Positions 40,544-51,566 of a stretch of 64,000 nt of DNA are shown piece after piece. A program made the position numbers and the translations under genes. The notes under the pieces were generated by a model. The model had not been told where the DNA came from. It worked only from the letters and a program-made list of their open reading frames with translations, and did no database searches. Position 1 is the stretch's first letter. Each line of letters starts with the position of its first letter. The DNA comes from Endomicrobiales bacterium (lineage in GTDB: Bacteria; Elusimicrobiota; Endomicrobiia; Endomicrobiales; JALOBY01), in NCBI GenBank assembly GCA_963796955.1, contig CAWCNJ010000002.1, forward strand, positions 19,610 through 83,609, given 5' to 3'.

Positions 40544-41308
40544 TTAAAATTCTTTTCTTTTGAAATACAGGACCGTCAGGCCGACGAGCAGGATAGAATA
40601 GAACAAGCCGTAAGCGGCGCCGGACAGGATCCAGATCCCGGTTATATTGGGAACGTTCCAAAAATCCCTGAGATTCAAATATTGAAAGTTAGGGGCGATA
40701 TAGTACGCCAGCTTCAGCAGCAGTTTGGCGCCGAGATTAGGCATCTTATCGCTTAAAAAATACATTTCCGTGGAAAAATAGCCCAGGACCCAGAAGCAAA
40801 CCGTGAAACTGATAGAGGTGACGGCGGAGGTTGAGGCCAATGAAAAAAAGGTGGCCACGGCACTCATGATCGCAATTTTTTCCGCCGAAAGGAGCAGGGA
40901 GAGCGGGTAACGCAGCGTGAAAGCCCATCCGTGCAGCAGTAATATCGCCAGATGCACCACCGCCATCGCCGCCATGCCGCAGTATACCGACAACAGCATA
41001 CCCAGTATCCTTCCGGCCAGATAATGCGTTCTGGAAACCGGGCGTGTCAGTATCAGATAGATGGTCTTGGACTCCATCTCTTCCAGTACCAGTGTCACCG
41101 CGGCAAAGATCGCCGACAGCAAAGCAAAAAATTCTATGGCCGCAAGACCCGCATCAAGCAGGATCCGTGTGGCCTGCGAGCTGCCGAGATTTGAAAGCAA
41201 TATGGACATACCGATAATAACGACCCCGAACAAAATGATAATATAGAATATTTTGTTGCGCACATTCTCTACGAAAGTGTAACGGGCGATAGATAGTATT
41301 CTTTTCAT
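40544..41308 (-). CDS. ABC-2 type permease (PilI-like)
   Basis: IARYTFVENVRNK; EMESKTIYLILTRPVSR; about 6 TM segments. Confidence 0.88.
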   Translation of the reverse strand: MKRILSIARYTFVENVRNKIFYIIILFGVVIIGMSILLSNLGSSQATRILLDAGLAAIEFFALLSAIFAAVTLVLEEMESKTIYLILTRPVSRTHYLAGRILGMLLSVYCGMAAMAVVHLAILLLHGWAFTLRYPLSLLLSAEKIAIMSAVATFFSLASTSAVTSISFTVCFWVLGYFSTEMYFLSDKMPNLGAKLLLKLAYYIAPNFQYLNLRDFWNVPNITGIWILSGAAYGLFYSILLVGLTVLYFKRKEF

Positions 41309-42063
41309 AAATAGTTTATGCTGCCGGTCTCTGCGGAGGCCGAGACCTCTCCCACAAAAACGCGTTCCAGCTCGCCTTCTTTTGTCTGCCAATCCTTCTG
41401 CTCCATAACCCTGGTAAGACTGCCTTTCACCAGAATGCCGACGCGGTCGCACAGCCGCTCTACCTCCGAGATCATGTGCGATGAAAGGAAGACCGTTTTA
41501 CCGCGTTCCTTTAAAGCGGCTATCAGGGCGCGCATCTGCTGGATCGCCAGGGGGTCAAGGCCGCTGACGGGCTCGTCGTAAATGAGTATGTCGGGGTCAT
41601 GCAGCAGGCTCTGTGCAAGGCCCACACGCTGCAGCATACCCTTTGAAAACGTCGACAGGCGGCTTTCAGCGCGCTCACTCAGCCCGACCGTTTTAAGCAT
41701 CGCATCAACACGTGCATGAACGTTTTCGATCCCGGAAAGTTCGCCGTACAGGGTCAATATCTCGCGGGCGGTAAGGTAACGGTAGAAAGAAGGCACTTCC
41801 GGCAGGTAACCGATGCGGCGCAGAACATCATTAGATGGAACAGGCCTGTCAAAAACCCGCACCGCTCCTTGCGTGGTCTTTAACAGGCCCAGTATTAATT
41901 TTATCGTTGTCGTTTTTCCCGATCCGTTAAGGCCCAAAAGGCCGAACACCTCGCCCCGGCGGATCGTAAGCGATATATCTTGCACACCCCGGCTTTCGAT
42001 CGTCTTACCAAGATGCGATCTGCGATATACTTTGGTAAGGTTTTGCAGCTCTATCGCGTTCAT
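41305..42063 (-). CDS. ABC transporter ATP-binding protein (PilH-like)
   Basis: GLNGSGKTT, FSKGM, DEPVSGLD. Confidence 0.93.
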   Translation of the reverse strand: MNAIELQNLTKVYRRSHLGKTIESRGVQDISLTIRRGEVFGLLGLNGSGKTTTIKLILGLLKTTQGAVRVFDRPVPSNDVLRRIGYLPEVPSFYRYLTAREILTLYGELSGIENVHARVDAMLKTVGLSERAESRLSTFSKGMLQRVGLAQSLLHDPDILIYDEPVSGLDPLAIQQMRALIAALKERGKTVFLSSHMISEVERLCDRVGILVKGSLTRVMEQKDWQTKEGELERVFVGEVSASAETGSINYL

Positions 42064-43641
42064 AGGGTAACAGGGCGCACATCCGTAACTCCGGAAAGCG
42101 CGGCTATTTGTTTGGTAACCTCTGGTGACGCTGCGGCGTCAATGTTTATTATGGTCGTTGCTTCTCCGCCCACATCCTTGCGGCCAACCTGCATGCCGGC
42201 GATATTTATGTTGTTCTTTCCGAGCACCGTGCCGATCTGGCCTATGATGCCGGGGCGGTCTATGTTCTTCAGCACCAGCAGATTTCCGCTCAGAGTAAGG
42301 TCTACGGTAACATCATTTATGCGCACCAGCCGCGGATACGTATGGCCGAATATGGTGCCGGCAACTACCACCGGCCCCTGATCTGTCTTGATCGTAGCAG
42401 TTATAAGGCCTGTGTATTCTTCAGCCTGCTCGGTCTTTGACTCGATCACTTTAATGCCGCGTTCCTTGGCAAGATGCATCGCGTTGACAAAGTTCACCTT
42501 GGTGCTCAGCATCGGGGTCAGAAGGCCGCGGATAAAAGCGACCATCAGCGGCTGCGTCGTGTATTTGGCGATGGAACCCGCGTACTCTATCTCCACTTCG
42601 GTAACGCCGCCCTTCAGTAACTGGCTTTGGAACGTGCCCAGTTTATCGGCGAGGTTAATATAGGGTTCTATCTGTTTATACGTATCCCAATCGAGGGTCG
42701 GCACGTTCACGGCGTTGCGGATCAGGCTTTTCGTGAAGTAATCTATCACGACATCGCTCAGTTCCTGCGCTATCTTGACCTGGGCTTCCTCCGTGGAAGC
42801 AGCCAGATGCGGCGTGCAGACGACACCTTCGGTCTCGATAAGCGTGAAATCAACCGGCGGCTCCTTGGCGAACACGTCGAAAGCGGCGCCCTTGACCTGA
42901 CCGGACTTTATCGCCTCCGAAAGTGCTTTTTCATCCACGATCCCGCCGCGGGCGCAGTTAACGATGCGTACGCCCTTTTTCATCTTCTTTATCGCTTCGG
43001 CGTTTATCATATTGCGGGTAGAATCATTCAGCGGAGAATGGATGGAAATATAATCCGCGTTGGCATAGACCTCTTCCAGCGTGGCAAGTTTTATACCCAG
43101 GCTTTCCACCAGGTCTTTTGGAGACGAACGGGTCATAGACGATCACGCTCATACCGAAGGATTGCATACGGTGCGCAACTTCCTTGCCTATGCGGCCGAA
43201 GCCCACCAGGCCCAGCACTTTGCCGTACATTTCCGTGCCGGTGAATATGTCGCGCTTCCATTGTTTCGCTTTCAGCAAACCGTAGGCCTGCGGTATGTTG
43301 CGGGCCAGGCTCAGCATAAGGCCCACCGTGTGCTCGGCGGCCGATATGGTGTTACCGCCCGGCACGTTCGCCACCACGATACCCTGCTGGGTGGCAGATG
43401 GAATATCGACGTTATCAACGCCGGTACCCGCGCGGCCGATGAACTTCAACTTTTTTCCGGCAGCGATTATGTCCGGTGTGACCTTTACTTCAGAACGGAT
43501 CATCAAGCCGTCGTAATCCGCGATAAGTTCTTTGAACTTTTCGGGTGTCGGTTTGTTGTGTATCTCAACTTTGAATTCCTTGTTGTTCAACAAGGTTTCC
43601 ATACCCTCGGTATTATTATAGGTCATCAATATTTTATACAT
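42060..43641 (-). CDS. serA: D-3-phosphoglycerate dehydrogenase, split by a frameshift at 43116-43119
   Basis: [33 protein letters not shown] and ACT domains. Confidence 0.93.
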
Positions 43642-43644
43642 TCG

Positions 43645-44781
43645 TTATCCTTTAATGAGTTCGGCTTCCGCGGCCGCTACGGCTTTCCCTTTTTCCAGCT
43701 TATAACCCAGGCGTTCCAGGGTCATTTCAAGACAGGCGAAACCGACCAGTACATCAGCCTTGCCGATATAACCCATGTGCGCGAACCGGATTATTTTGCC
43801 TTTCAAAGCGCCCTGCCCGCCGGCGATAGAGACACCGTATTCCTCACGCAGCATCTTTACTATCTTGCCGCCTTCAACTCCCTGCGGCACCAGCGCGCTG
43901 GTGACCACATCGCAGGCTTTATCACCGTACAGTTCAAGACCGATCGCCTTCATGCCGGCGCGGGTCGCGCGGGCTAGCAGCTTACATTCGGCCTGCACGT
44001 TCTCAAGACCCTTTGCCTTGATCATCTTTATGGCTTCCTGCAGGGCAACGATCAATGTTACCGGCGGCGTGAACGGTGTTTCTTTTGTCGCCAGGTTCTT
44101 TTTCATCTTGCGCCAGTCGAAATAGAACCGGGGCAGTTTAGCCGCTTCCACCAATGCCCAGGCTTTAGCGCTCGCCGAAGCGAATGCAAGGCCGGGCGCC
44201 AGCATCATGCCCTTTTGGGAACCGGAGACCACCACGTCAACCTTCCAATCATCCGTCTTAAGCTCCTGACCGACGAGGCCGGAGATAGCGTCCACCACCA
44301 GAACGGCAGGTGTCGCCGCAACTATCGCGCCTATCTTTTCAATATCATTAACGACACCGGTCGAGGTTTCAGTATGGGTCGTAAAGACCGCTTTTATCTT
44401 AGGATTCGCTTTTAGCGCTTTTTCGATCTCAGCGGGGTTTACCGATTTGCCCCACTCGCCGGCAATAATCGTCGGTTTCAAGCCGTAGGCTTCCATGATC
44501 TTCGCCCAGCGCTCGCCGAAATTACCGCAGGAAGCGACCAGCGCTTCATCACCCGGGGACAGCAGGTTGACGACCGCCGATTCCATCGCGCCCGTGCCGG
44601 AATTTGACAGAATAAAAACGTCGTTCTTCGTGCAGAACAAATATTTCAAGCCCTCGGCGACATCGCCGAAAATAGCGGCGAATTCACCGGTGCGGTGGTG
44701 CAGTATGGGCTGTGCTTCTTTTAATGCTACTTCGGGCGGGATCGGGGTGGGGCCGGGTGTCAACAGATAGTGCTTCTTCAT
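43645..44781 (-). CDS. Class V PLP aminotransferase (serine-pyruvate / probable phosphoserine aminotransferase)
   Basis: LTPGPT, SGTGAME, ETSTG, SGSQKG; directly upstream of serA. Confidence 0.9.
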   Translation of the reverse strand: MKKHYLLTPGPTPIPPEVALKEAQPILHHRTGEFAAIFGDVAEGLKYLFCTKNDVFILSNSGTGAMESAVVNLLSPGDEALVASCGNFGERWAKIMEAYGLKPTIIAGEWGKSVNPAEIEKALKANPKIKAVFTTHTETSTGVVNDIEKIGAIVAATPAVLVVDAISGLVGQELKTDDWKVDVVVSGSQKGMMLAPGLAFASASAKAWALVEAAKLPRFYFDWRKMKKNLATKETPFTPPVTLIVALQEAIKMIKAKGLENVQAECKLLARATRAGMKAIGLELYGDKACDVVTSALVPQGVEGGKIVKMLREEYGVSIAGGQGALKGKIIRFAHMGYIGKADVLVGFACLEMTLERLGYKLEKGKAVAAAEAELIKG

Positions 44782-44832
44782 GGCAGCTCCTTTAAGGATC
44801 GTTAGTTGTACGTATATCCGCTGCAATAACGG

Positions 44833-44888
44833 ACATTGTGAATTATTTCACAATGTATATCTTACCAGAAAAATGTTTAATTTGTCAA
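44833..44888 (-). promoter_or_regulatory. Promoter with a downstream palindromic operator (Rex/CRP-type)
   Basis: acaTTGTGAA-ttat-TTCACAAtgt at 44833-44856; TTGACA-18-TAAGAT. Confidence 0.8.
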
Positions 44889-44901
44889 GCGCCGCAACTG
44901 A

Positions 44902-47264
44902 TTATTTTCCCAGCGCCAATTTGAAAACTTCTTCCATGGACTTTACCGGGATCATATTCAGTTTTTTAAGAATGTTTTTTGGGATATCTTCAAGGTCTTT
45001 TTTGTTCCCTTCCGGGAAAAGGACGGTCGTGATACCTTCGCGATAGGCGGCGAGCGTTTTTTCTTTCAGGCCGCCGATTGCAAGCACCCTGCCGCGCAGG
45101 GTCACTTCCCCCGTCATAGCGAGGTTCTTCTTTACCGGGCGCTCCGTTATCACGGAGGCAAGTGCGGTCGCTATCGCTATGCCGGCCGATGGGCCGTCTT
45201 TGGGGACGGCGCCTTCGGGCACATGTATATGAAAATCGGTATCTTTGAAGATCGCATCATTCACTTTCAGGTCTTTTGAGACAGAGCGGATATACGAGAG
45301 CGCCGCGTGGGCCGATTCTTTCATCACATCGCCCAGCTTGCCGGTAAGGCTTACGGTTCCCTTGCCTTTCATTTTATTTACTTCTATGGTAAGCGTTTCC
45401 CCGCCTACTTCCGTCCAGGCAAGGCCGGTGGATACACCGACATCGTTCGCGGCTGTTTTTTCATGCAGGTACTGCGGGATGCCCAGGAATTTGCCCACGG
45501 CTGCCGGCAATACTTTTATCGGCGCTGTCTTTTTTCATCGGACATGGCGATATCTTTTGCGATCTTGCGGCACAGGTTCGCCATCTCGCGTTCCAGGTTA
45601 CGCACGCCTGCCTCATGGGTATAGTCTTTGATCACCTGCTCGATAGTGTCGGCGGGGATCTCTATCTGCTTATCGGCGAGGCCGTGTTCCTTCAATTGTT
45701 TTGGTATCAGGTACTGTTGCGCGATGTGTACCTTTTCCTCGGTGGTATACCCGCTGAAGCGGATAACCTCCAGGCGGTCCAGCAGGGTTTGCGGGATATT
45801 GTACAAGGTGTTGGCTGTCGTAATGAACATGATGTTCGACAGATCATAGTCCACATCCAGATAATGGTCCACGAACTGGCTGTTCTGCTCGGGATCAAGC
45901 ACTTCCAGCAGGGCCGCCGAAGGGTCGCCGCGGAAATCGCTGCCCATCTTGTCTATCTCGTCAAGAATGAATACAGGATTATTAGATTTTGCCTTGCGCA
46001 GAGACTGGATAATACGGCCCGGCAACGCGCCTATATAGGTGCGCCGGTGGCCGCGTATCTCAGCTTCATCGCGAACGCCGCCGAGAGAAATACGCACAAA
46101 ATTGCGTCCCAGCGAGCGCGCAACGGATTTCGCGATAGAGGTTTTACCGACTCCCGGGGGCCCGATAAAACACAAGATCGGGCCTTTTATCTTTTTAACC
46201 AGCTTCAACACTGCCAGGTATTCAAGAACGCGCTCTTTGGCTTTATCCAATCCGAAATGGTCTTCGTCCAGGATCTTGCGCGCATTCTTCAGGTCCAGAT
46301 TGTCTTTTGTGTTCACGCTCCAGGGCAGTGCGAGCAACCAGTCTATATAGGTACGGATAACGGTCGCTTCAGGGGAATAGGCCATCATTTTTTCAAGACG
46401 GGCTATTTCTTTATCAGCGGCCTCGTTAGCCTCTTTGGGCATCTTCGCTTCTTTTATCTTTTCCTTCAGCGCATCTATCTCTTTGGCGTAGTCGTCTTTC
46501 TGGCGCAGCTCTTTCTGGATCGCCTTCATCTGTTCGGTGAGGTAATATTCTTTCTGCGTTTTCTCTATCTGGTTGCGCACACGGTTCTGTATGCGCCGCT
46601 CTATGTTCAATATTTCTATTTCGGCGTTAAGAATTTCCACCAGTTTCGCCACGCGTTCCTGGGGGTTGGCAAGTTCCAGGATCGCCTGTTTGTCGGTTAT
46701 CTTGATCATCAGGTGGCTGGCGATGGTATCGGCAAGGCGGCCGGGATCGGTAATATTGGACACCGCGACGGCTATCTCCATGGGCAGGCGGGTATTGAGC
46801 TTTACATACTGTTCAAAAAGCGAAATAGAGCGCCGGATAAGGGCCTCAAGTTCTGGCGTGCGGACCACTTCCTCTGAGAGGACGTTAAGGTCTACTTCAA
46901 TATAGCCGTTATCGTTGATGTGAAAGTCCGTCCACTGGGCGCGCGAAATACCTTCGACCAGCACTTTCAGCGTGCCGTCGGGCATCTTTAACAGCTGCAG
47001 CACTTCCGCAACGGTTCCTATGGGGTAAATATCCTGGGGGGAAGGGTCTTCGGTCTGGATGGTTTTTTGCGTGACAAGGAAAATATAACGCTGGCCGGCC
47101 ATCGCCGTTTCAAGCGCTTTTATAGATTTATCACGGCCCACGGCCAGAGGCAGCACCATGGCCGGGAATACTACTATATCCCGTATCGGCAGCAGCGGCA
47201 ACTTTGTCGGTATGTTCGCCGGCAACCGTTTTTCATCTTCGTTCTTTTTATCCAGTTCGCTCAT
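44902..47264 (-). CDS. lon: Lon protease, split by a frameshift at 45530-45535
   Basis: [12 protein letters not shown]+ domain; protease PKDGPSAG motif in the next frame. Confidence 0.95.
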
Positions 47265-47286
47265 AGCGCCTCCGGAGGTCTATATA

Positions 47287-48531
47287 TCAGGCGGTTTTTT
47301 GCCGTGAGATCAGTTTCGGTGCAGACCTGTTGATTATGACATCGGTGTCAAAAATAACGCCTTCCACTTCCTTGCTTATATCGGGCAGATCGTACATCAC
47401 ATCCAGCAGTAAATTCTCCAGTATGGCGCGTAAGCCTCTCGCGCCGGAACCCCGCTTCATGGCCATCCTTGAGATCTCGTGCAGGCCGTCATCGGAAAAC
47501 TCCAGGTTCACGCCTTCCAGAGAGAATATCTTTTTATATTGTTTTACCAGCGCGTTCTTTGGTTCCGTTAAAACTTGTACCAGATCGTCCTCGCTGAGCG
47601 GCTCCAGCGTGCTTACCACCGGCAGCCTGCCCACGAATTCCGGTATCAGGCCGTAGCGGATGAAATCCTGAGGCTGAGCGAAAGATAATATCTGGCCAAG
47701 CTGTTGTTCCTTTTTCGCTTCCAGCGCGGCCGCAAAGCCGAGCTTTTTTTCCTTCATGCGGCTTTCGATTATTTTTTCCAGACCGTCGAAGGCCCCGCCG
47801 CAGATGAACAGTATATTGGTCGTATCAACTTTAATATATTCCTGCTGAGGATGCTTCCTGCCACCCTGCGGCGGCACGCTGGCGGTGGTGCCCTCAAGTA
47901 TTTTAAGCAGCGCCTGTTGAACACCTTCGCCGGAAACGTCGCGCGTTATGGAAGGGTTATCGGATTTGCGGGATATCTTGTCTATCTCGTCAATATAGAT
48001 AATACCTTTTTCAGCTCTTTTTACGTCGTACTGCGCGTTCTGCAGCAGACGCAGTATAATATTTTCCACGTCTTCGCCCACGTAACCGGCCTCCGTAAGA
48101 ACGGTGGCATCGGCTATCGCGAAGGGCACATGCAGCGTGCGGGCCAGGGTCTGGGCAAGCAGTGTTTTGCCTGTGCCCGTAGGGCCGGCCAGTAGTATGT
48201 TCGATTTCTGCAATTCAACATCGCCGGATTTTGAGCCGACCTCTAGACGACGATAGTGGTTATAAACCGCGACCGACAAGGCTTTCTTCGCCGCTCCCTG
48301 GCCGATAACATACTGGTCAAGGATCTCTTTGATCTCTTTGGGTCTTGGCAGCTGTTTCAGGGCTTTGCGTTTTTGCTCTTCATCCAGCCGGGAAAGAATG
48401 TCCATGGAGTTACGGACGCAATCTTCACAGACGTAGGTGCCCTGCCCGCCTATCAAATGCAGCCCTTCCTGCTTGCCTTTGTGGCAAAACACGCAGGAAT
48501 AATCGCCCGGGGCGTTTTTGTTGTCTACCAT
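47287..48531 (-). CDS. clpX: ClpX ATPase
   Basis: C4 zinc finger, [22 protein letters not shown]. Confidence 0.97.
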   Translation of the reverse strand: MVDNKNAPGDYSCVFCHKGKQEGLHLIGGQGTYVCEDCVRNSMDILSRLDEEQKRKALKQLPRPKEIKEILDQYVIGQGAAKKALSVAVYNHYRRLEVGSKSGDVELQKSNILLAGPTGTGKTLLAQTLARTLHVPFAIADATVLTEAGYVGEDVENIILRLLQNAQYDVKRAEKGIIYIDEIDKISRKSDNPSITRDVSGEGVQQALLKILEGTTASVPPQGGRKHPQQEYIKVDTTNILFICGGAFDGLEKIIESRMKEKKLGFAAALEAKKEQQLGQILSFAQPQDFIRYGLIPEFVGRLPVVSTLEPLSEDDLVQVLTEPKNALVKQYKKIFSLEGVNLEFSDDGLHEISRMAMKRGSGARGLRAILENLLLDVMYDLPDISKEVEGVIFDTDVIINRSAPKLISRQKTA

Positions 48532-48533
48532 AT

Positions 48534-49142
48534 TTACGGTTTCCTCGATACGAACACTTCGTCTATAAGGCCGTACTGCTTGGCTTCAAGAGCGGACATA
48601 TAATAGTTGCGCTCGGTATCCTGGCGGATCTTCTCCGGCGTCTGTCCGGTATGTTTGGCGAGGACTGAGATAAGTTTATCCTTGGTAGCGGACAATTCTT
48701 TGGCCTCAATATCGATATCGGTAACCTGCCCGGAAATGCCTTCTCCGTAGATAAGCGGCTGGTGGATCATGATACGGGAATGCGGCAGGGCGTAACGGCG
48801 GCCTTTGGTGCCGGCTGCCAGGAACACCGCGCCGAAGGACATGGCCATACCCATACAAATAGTCGTAATAGGGCATTTGATGTACTGCATAGTGTCATAA
48901 ACCGCAAGGCCTGCGCTTACCATGCCTCCGGGTGAGTTGATATAAAGATTGATGTCCTTATCCGCATCTTCGGCTTCCAGGTACAGCAGCTGGGCTATAA
49001 TAAGGTTGGCCGAGTCGGTGGTGATAGCTCCGCCGTAGCCCCCGACAAAGATAATACGGTCTTTAAGAAGCCGTGAATAGATGTCATATCCAACAGCCGC
49101 ACCCTGGTTCCAGCGTTCAATAATTGTAGGCACTAATGACAT
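48534..49142 (-). CDS. clpP: ClpP peptidase
   Basis: [22 protein letters not shown]. Confidence 0.97.
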   Translation of the reverse strand: MSLVPTIIERWNQGAAVGYDIYSRLLKDRIIFVGGYGGAITTDSANLIIAQLLYLEAEDADKDINLYINSPGGMVSAGLAVYDTMQYIKCPITTICMGMAMSFGAVFLAAGTKGRRYALPHSRIMIHQPLIYGEGISGQVTDIDIEAKELSATKDKLISVLAKHTGQTPEKIRQDTERNYYMSALEAKQYGLIDEVFVSRKP

Positions 49143-49154
49143 AATGAACCTCCG

Positions 49155-50444
49155 TTACTTCTTAACTTCTTCCTTGACTTTAGCATTTGTTTCCAGATAT
49201 TTAAATAACTTTTCTTCTTTTAAGTATGACTTTATCTTATCCTCGTTCTCTTTGAGGTACTTCTCGACTTCTTTTTCCTTGCCCGGGTTACCGGTAAGCA
49301 TCTTCTGCTTTTCTGCAGCCATGTCCTCTTCCGTCACTGAAAGTTTTTCTTCTTCGATGATGGCGTTGAAGATATACGACAGGCGCACATTGCGCTCGGC
49401 TTCTACTTTATATTTGTCCTTTTCCTCTTCCATTTTTTTCGTATAGGCATCTTCCGGCAGCCCGTGCTCCTTGAAGTATTTGGCTGCGTTTTCCATAATA
49501 CGGCCCAGCTGATCTTCTACCAGGGTATTCGGCACATCGAATTTATTCGAGGCAAGCAGGCTGTCTATCAGCTGTTTTTCGACCGTATGCTTCTGGCGGC
49601 GGTTCTCTTCGGTTTCAAGGGATTCTTTTACTTTTGTCTGCAGTTCGGCCAGAGTGGTAAGGCCCATATCTTTTGCCAATTCGTCGTTAAGTTCTGGCAG
49701 CAACTTTTCCTTGATCTCTTTAACGGTCACATTGAAAACAACGTTCTTGCCGGCAAGTTTTTTGTTCGGGTGATCAGCAGGGAACGGCACGGTAATGGCT
49801 TTGGAATCGCCTTTCGCCATGCCGAGCAGTCCTTCCTTCAGGCCCGGCATCATCTGCGGGACGGAAAGATCTATCAACTGATTGTCTGCCTTCATTTCCT
49901 TTATCTCAACGCCGTCGCAGGAAGCGGTATAATCAGCCATCAACAGATTTTTTTCACCGGCAACAGCGACGGTGGAATCTGCCAGGCGGGAATTACGTTC
50001 GCGCAGTGTTTCAACGGCTTCTGAAACCTTTTTGTCGGTTACCGGTTCTATATCTTTTGTGACCTTGATCCCTTTATAGTCCTTAACCTTGACCGTGGGG
50101 TGCTGCTCAACGGTAAGCTTATAGGAGAAGGCTTTGTCGAATTCGAATTTTACATCTTCAACGGAAGGATACGCAACGGGCTCTATACCCTGCTTTTTGA
50201 AAGCCGGCACTATGGAGCGCTGAATAAGGTCTTCAACGACTTTCTCGCGGCAGGCAGCCTGATAATTTTTCTTTATCATGTCCATAGGGGCTTTGCCGGC
50301 GCGGAAACCCGGTATCTGCGCGCTGCGCCGTATCTGCTCATAGATACGCTCGGTTGTGGCTGAGACTTCGGTAAAAGGGATTTCTATGTCCAATATAATT
50401 GAACAAGGCTTGGAATCAACAACGCTGACTTTGATGTTCTCCAT
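49155..50444 (-). CDS. tig: Trigger factor
   Basis: PGFRAGKAP signature, FKBP domain, tig-clpP-clpX-lon gene order. Confidence 0.95.
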   Translation of the reverse strand: MENIKVSVVDSKPCSIILDIEIPFTEVSATTERIYEQIRRSAQIPGFRAGKAPMDMIKKNYQAACREKVVEDLIQRSIVPAFKKQGIEPVAYPSVEDVKFEFDKAFSYKLTVEQHPTVKVKDYKGIKVTKDIEPVTDKKVSEAVETLRERNSRLADSTVAVAGEKNLLMADYTASCDGVEIKEMKADNQLIDLSVPQMMPGLKEGLLGMAKGDSKAITVPFPADHPNKKLAGKNVVFNVTVKEIKEKLLPELNDELAKDMGLTTLAELQTKVKESLETEENRRQKHTVEKQLIDSLLASNKFDVPNTLVEDQLGRIMENAAKYFKEHGLPEDAYTKKMEEEKDKYKVEAERNVRLSYIFNAIIEEEKLSVTEEDMAAEKQKMLTGNPGKEKEVEKYLKENEDKIKSYLKEEKLFKYLETNAKVKEEVKK

Positions 50445-50502
50445 CGGGTGGCTCCTGTGTGATAGTTATGAATTTAAAACCAGGTTGGTAAACAGAATAT
50501 AG

Positions 50503-50629
50503 TGCGGACAGAGGGACTTGGCCACTACGCTCGGCGGAGCTCGCTGCGTAGCCTCCCCTCGTTTGCTGTCGGCGGAGCCTTTTCCTCGCTATTCGCTCGG
50601 CGCATCACTCGCTTCGAGTCCCTCAATAT
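50503..50629. repeat. tRNA-Leu 3' cassette: inverted T-arm copy, GC-rich core, direct copy of the tRNA 3' end
   Basis: 50503-50518 matches 50630-50645 at 15/16; 50613-50624 is the reverse complement of 50638-50649 at 12/12. Confidence 0.8.
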
Positions 50630-50711
50630 TGCGGACGGAGGGACTCGAACCCCCATACCTTTCAGTACCAGATCCTAAGTCTGGCGCGTCTGCCAGTTCC
50701 GCCACGCCCGC
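50630..50711 (-). tRNA. tRNA-Leu(TAG)
   Basis: ccaga-ctTAGga-tctgg; long variable arm; CCA not encoded. Confidence 0.95.
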
Positions 50712-50748
50712 AGTGGGAAGGTGTTCGCCTCACGTTTCAAAATTAAAA

Positions 50749-50821
50749 TGCATCGCGTTGGAATCGAACCAACAACCTAACGATTAAGAGTCGTTTGCTC
50801 TACCAATTGAGCTAGCGATGC
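50749..50821 (-). tRNA. tRNA-Lys(CTT)
   Basis: aacga-ctCTTaa-tcgtt; CCA not encoded. Confidence 0.95.
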
Positions 50822-50858
50822 AGTATATTTCAAGTATATATATCAGTGCTGAGGGGTT

Positions 50859-50887
50859 ATTTTACAAAACTGGATGACGTATGTCAA
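50859..50887 (-). promoter_or_regulatory. Sigma70 promoter for tRNA-Lys/tRNA-Leu/tig
   Basis: TTGACA-17-TAAAAT. Confidence 0.7.
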
Positions 50888-50900
50888 GAAAATGAGGTTG

Positions 50901-51566
50901 TTACTGGGATATCAGGTCTACGTAGATAGTGGTGGCGTAGGTTTCGCCGGCGTTGGAGAAGGAAAAGTCGCCTTCGAAATATACATACTCTTTTTGCATA
51001 ATATTGGCGCTGCTGCTCATCTGCAGGTTGTCGATGCTGTACATTACAGGAGCTGTGCCGGAAAGCAGGTTGATGGCCGTTGTGCAGTCATTCTTATCTT
51101 GGAGGCGGTGCCAGGGTACGCTGACCGTTCCGGTTGAGCATACAACAGGGTTTAGCACGGTACTATCCCCCGGCTCTCCAAAAGATGCAGGCGCGACCGG
51201 ATTGCTGGAAATTATCCAGCCAACCGGCACGCAGGTGTTTGTCCCGGTGCTGAATGTGACCCCCAGGCATGGCCCAGTGGTGATATTGTTGGTATATATC
51301 TGCACGGTCATATAACCGGTCGTATGAACGGTCAGCTCAAGGCACTCTGGCGCCCCCTGCCAGGACGTACCCACCACCTGCTGCGGCCAGGAGATGGTCT
51401 GCGGCCCGGCGCTGCCGTCAAGATTTCTTACCTGCAAAGCCACGAAGGGAGCATCATATACATGTACCGAAATGGCCAGCCCCTGCGACCTGAGCAGGGG
51501 GTAAGCCGCCGAGGCAGCGGCGCAGCATACCAGCATCAGCATTAGCGGAAGTAGTTTTTTTATCAT
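50901..51566 (-). CDS. Secreted protein with the locus-specific repeated domain (copy 1)
   Basis: Signal peptide; YTNN..VPVGW..WHRLQDKND..YVYFEGDF..YATTIYVDL. Confidence 0.8.
   Translation of the reverse strand: MIKKLLPLMLMLVCCAAASAAYPLLRSQGLAISVHVYDAPFVALQVRNLDGSAGPQTISWPQQVVGTSWQGAPECLELTVHTTGYMTVQIYTNNITTGPCLGVTFSTGTNTCVPVGWIISSNPVAPASFGEPGDSTVLNPVVCSTGTVSVPWHRLQDKNDCTTAINLLSGTAPVMYSIDNLQMSSSANIMQKEYVYFEGDFSFSNAGETYATTIYVDLISQ

Noticed and set aside
45516..45540. Programmed -1 frameshift in lon
   Set aside because: The A6G run is not phased as X XXY YYZ in the Lon frame, and similar indels recur across the window
45615..46877. Long plus-strand ORFs (also 37635-38576, 43081-43977, 2364-3089)
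   Set aside because: Antisense shadows of well-conserved minus-strand genes, with no recognisable motifs
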